From an uncultured Alphaproteobacteria bacterium (GTDB lineage Bacteria > Pseudomonadota > Alphaproteobacteria > Methylaequorales > Methylaequoraceae), in contig CABZJY010000002.1 of assembly GCA_902526175.1 (NCBI GenBank), forward strand, positions 122,372 to 186,371: a stretch of 64,000 bases of DNA, given 5' to 3'. The notes beneath the pieces were generated by a model. The model saw nothing but the letters and a program-made list of their open reading frames with translations. It searched no databases and had not been told where the DNA came from. Positions 62,717-64,000 of this stretch are shown here, one piece after another; within the stretch, counting starts at the first letter, position 1; every line of letters starts with the position of its first letter. The translations under genes and the position numbers were made by a program.

Positions 62717-64000
62717 ATGATAGACGATAATACTCCTGAAAACTTTGATGATTCAAAAAATATAGAGCCGATTGATATTGAAAAAGAAATGAAGGATTCT
62801 TTTTTAGATTACGCAATGAGTGTAATTGTATCACGTGCCCTGCCAGATGTTTGTGATGGTCTTAAGCCAGTTCATAGGCGTATTTTGTTTTCAATGAACG
62901 AGTCTGGTTATCTACACAGTAAACCTACACGAAAATCTGCTAGAATTGTCGGAGATGTAATGGGTAAATACCATCCGCATGGAGATTCAGCAATTTATGA
63001 TGCTATGGTAAGGCTAGCTCAAGATTTTAGCATGCGCGTTCCATTAATTGAAGGTCAAGGAAATTTTGGATCAATGGATGGTGATTCCGCTGCAGCAATG
63101 AGATATACTGAAGCTAGATTATCGGAGATAGCTTCTTTTTTATTGAACGATATAAATTTTAATACAGTCAATTTTAGAGATAATTACGATGGTTCTGCAC
63201 AAGAACCAGATTTACTGCCTGCTGAGTTTCCCAATTTATTAATTAATGGATCAGAAGGAATAGCTGTTGGTATGGCAACTAAAATACCACCTCACTGTCC
63301 GACAGAGGTTATTGATGCTTGTTGTCATTTTGTTGATAATCCAGAATCTAGTTCCGAGGATTTAATGGAATTTATTAAAGGTCCAGATTTTCCAACCGGA
63401 GGATTAATAATGGGAAGATCGGGGTTCAGGAAAGCTTACCAAACAGGAAAAGGCTCAATCATAATCAGGGGTAAAATTAATGTTGAAACAATTTCTAAAT
63501 CCAAAGAAGCCATTGTTATCACAGAAATACCATATTCGGTTAAAAAGTCTCAATTAATTGAAAGTATTGCAAAAGTTGCTAAGGAAAAGGTTATTGAAGG
63601 AATTTCTGATTTAAGAGATGAGTCCAATAGGGAAGGTGTAAGAATTGTAATGGACTTAAAAAAAAATATTCAGTCTGAAGTTATAATTAATCAACTTTAC
63701 AAATTTACTCCTCTTCAAACATCATTTGGTATCAATCTGTTAGCCCTTAAAAATGGTGTACCAAATGTGTTAAACCTTAAATCCGCAATAAAGTTTTTCA
63801 TTGAATTTAGAAAAGACGTTGTTTTCAAAAGGACAAAATATCATTTAGAAAAATCAAGAGCAAAAGCTCATATATTATGCGGACTAGCAATAGCACTAGA
63901 GAATATAGATGAGATGATAGATTTGATCAGAAGCTCAAAAGATACTAATGAAGCAAAATTGAAATTGTTAGAAAAAAAGTGGAGGGTTAATAAAGTCAGA
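62717..64000 (+). CDS. gyrA: DNA gyrase subunit A (3'-partial; absent from the ORF track because it runs off the window end)
   Basis: Manual translation from ATG 62717: ...[34 protein letters not shown]...[23 protein letters not shown]...[11 protein letters not shown]...GIAVGMAT...GPDFPTGG; follows ssb. Confidence 0.95.
   Translation, partial: MIDDNTPENFDDSKNIEPIDIEKEMKDSFLDYAMSVIVSRALPDVCDGLKPVHRRILFSMNESGYLHSKPTRKSARIVGDVMGKYHPHGDSAIYDAMVRLAQDFSMRVPLIEGQGNFGSMDGDSAAAMRYTEARLSEIASFLLNDINFNTVNFRDNYDGSAQEPDLLPAEFPNLLINGSEGIAVGMATKIPPHCPTEVIDACCHFVDNPESSSEDLMEFIKGPDFPTGGLIMGRSGFRKAYQTGKGSIIIRGKINVETISKSKEAIVITEIPYSVKKSQLIESIAKVAKEKVIEGISDLRDESNREGVRIVMDLKKNIQSEVIINQLYKFTPLQTSFGINLLALKNGVPNVLNLKSAIKFFIEFRKDVVFKRTKYHLEKSRAKAHILCGLAIALENIDEMIDLIRSSKDTNEAKLKLLEKKWRVNKVR

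Noticed and set aside
1..64000. CRISPR arrays, tRNA/rRNA genes, IS elements, integrases, prophage or defence genes
   Set aside because: No repeat-spacer periodicity, cloverleaf or T-loop signatures, or mobile-element proteins seen. No intergenic gap is much over 100 bp, and nearly every ORF has a housekeeping assignment.

Overview
Very AT-rich, densely packed core-chromosome segment of a streamlined alphaproteobacterium. The assignment rests on gene order, the GTTC-N7-GTTC SOS box, LpxI and the short ProRS; a marine free-living lifestyle is an inference from the nickel SOD, trp genes and streamlining. Layout: (i) 1-38078, 38 co-oriented + strand genes: nuoA-N, birA, coaX, rnj, mce, DUF1467, proS, lolC/E, lolD, dnaE, rpsB, tsf, pyrH, frr, uppS, cdsA, dxr, rseP, bamA, skp, lpxD, fabZ, lpxA, lpxI, lpxB. 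(ii) 38073-48913, - strand: ppiD, trpEGDC, moaC, moeA, lexA, gltX, gltA. (iii) tpiA, secG, pyrG, kdsA, eno, ftsB, a DUF815 ATPase and yajC-secD-secF. (iv) a sodN-sodX nickel superoxide dismutase cassette, a very divergent phytoene/squalene-synthase-like (NDUFAF6-like) ORF, uvrA, ssb and a partial gyrA. I found no tRNA/rRNA genes, CRISPR arrays, mobile elements, prophage or defence genes, and I cannot support a claim of a wholly new system. The best leads are the NiSOD cassette sitting where an NDUFAF3-like gene is expected, gltX-gltA coupled directly behind the SOS-boxed lexA, a recurrent leaderless-promoter architecture and a minimal rpsB leader RNA. All product calls come from motif recognition and recalled synteny, not database searches.
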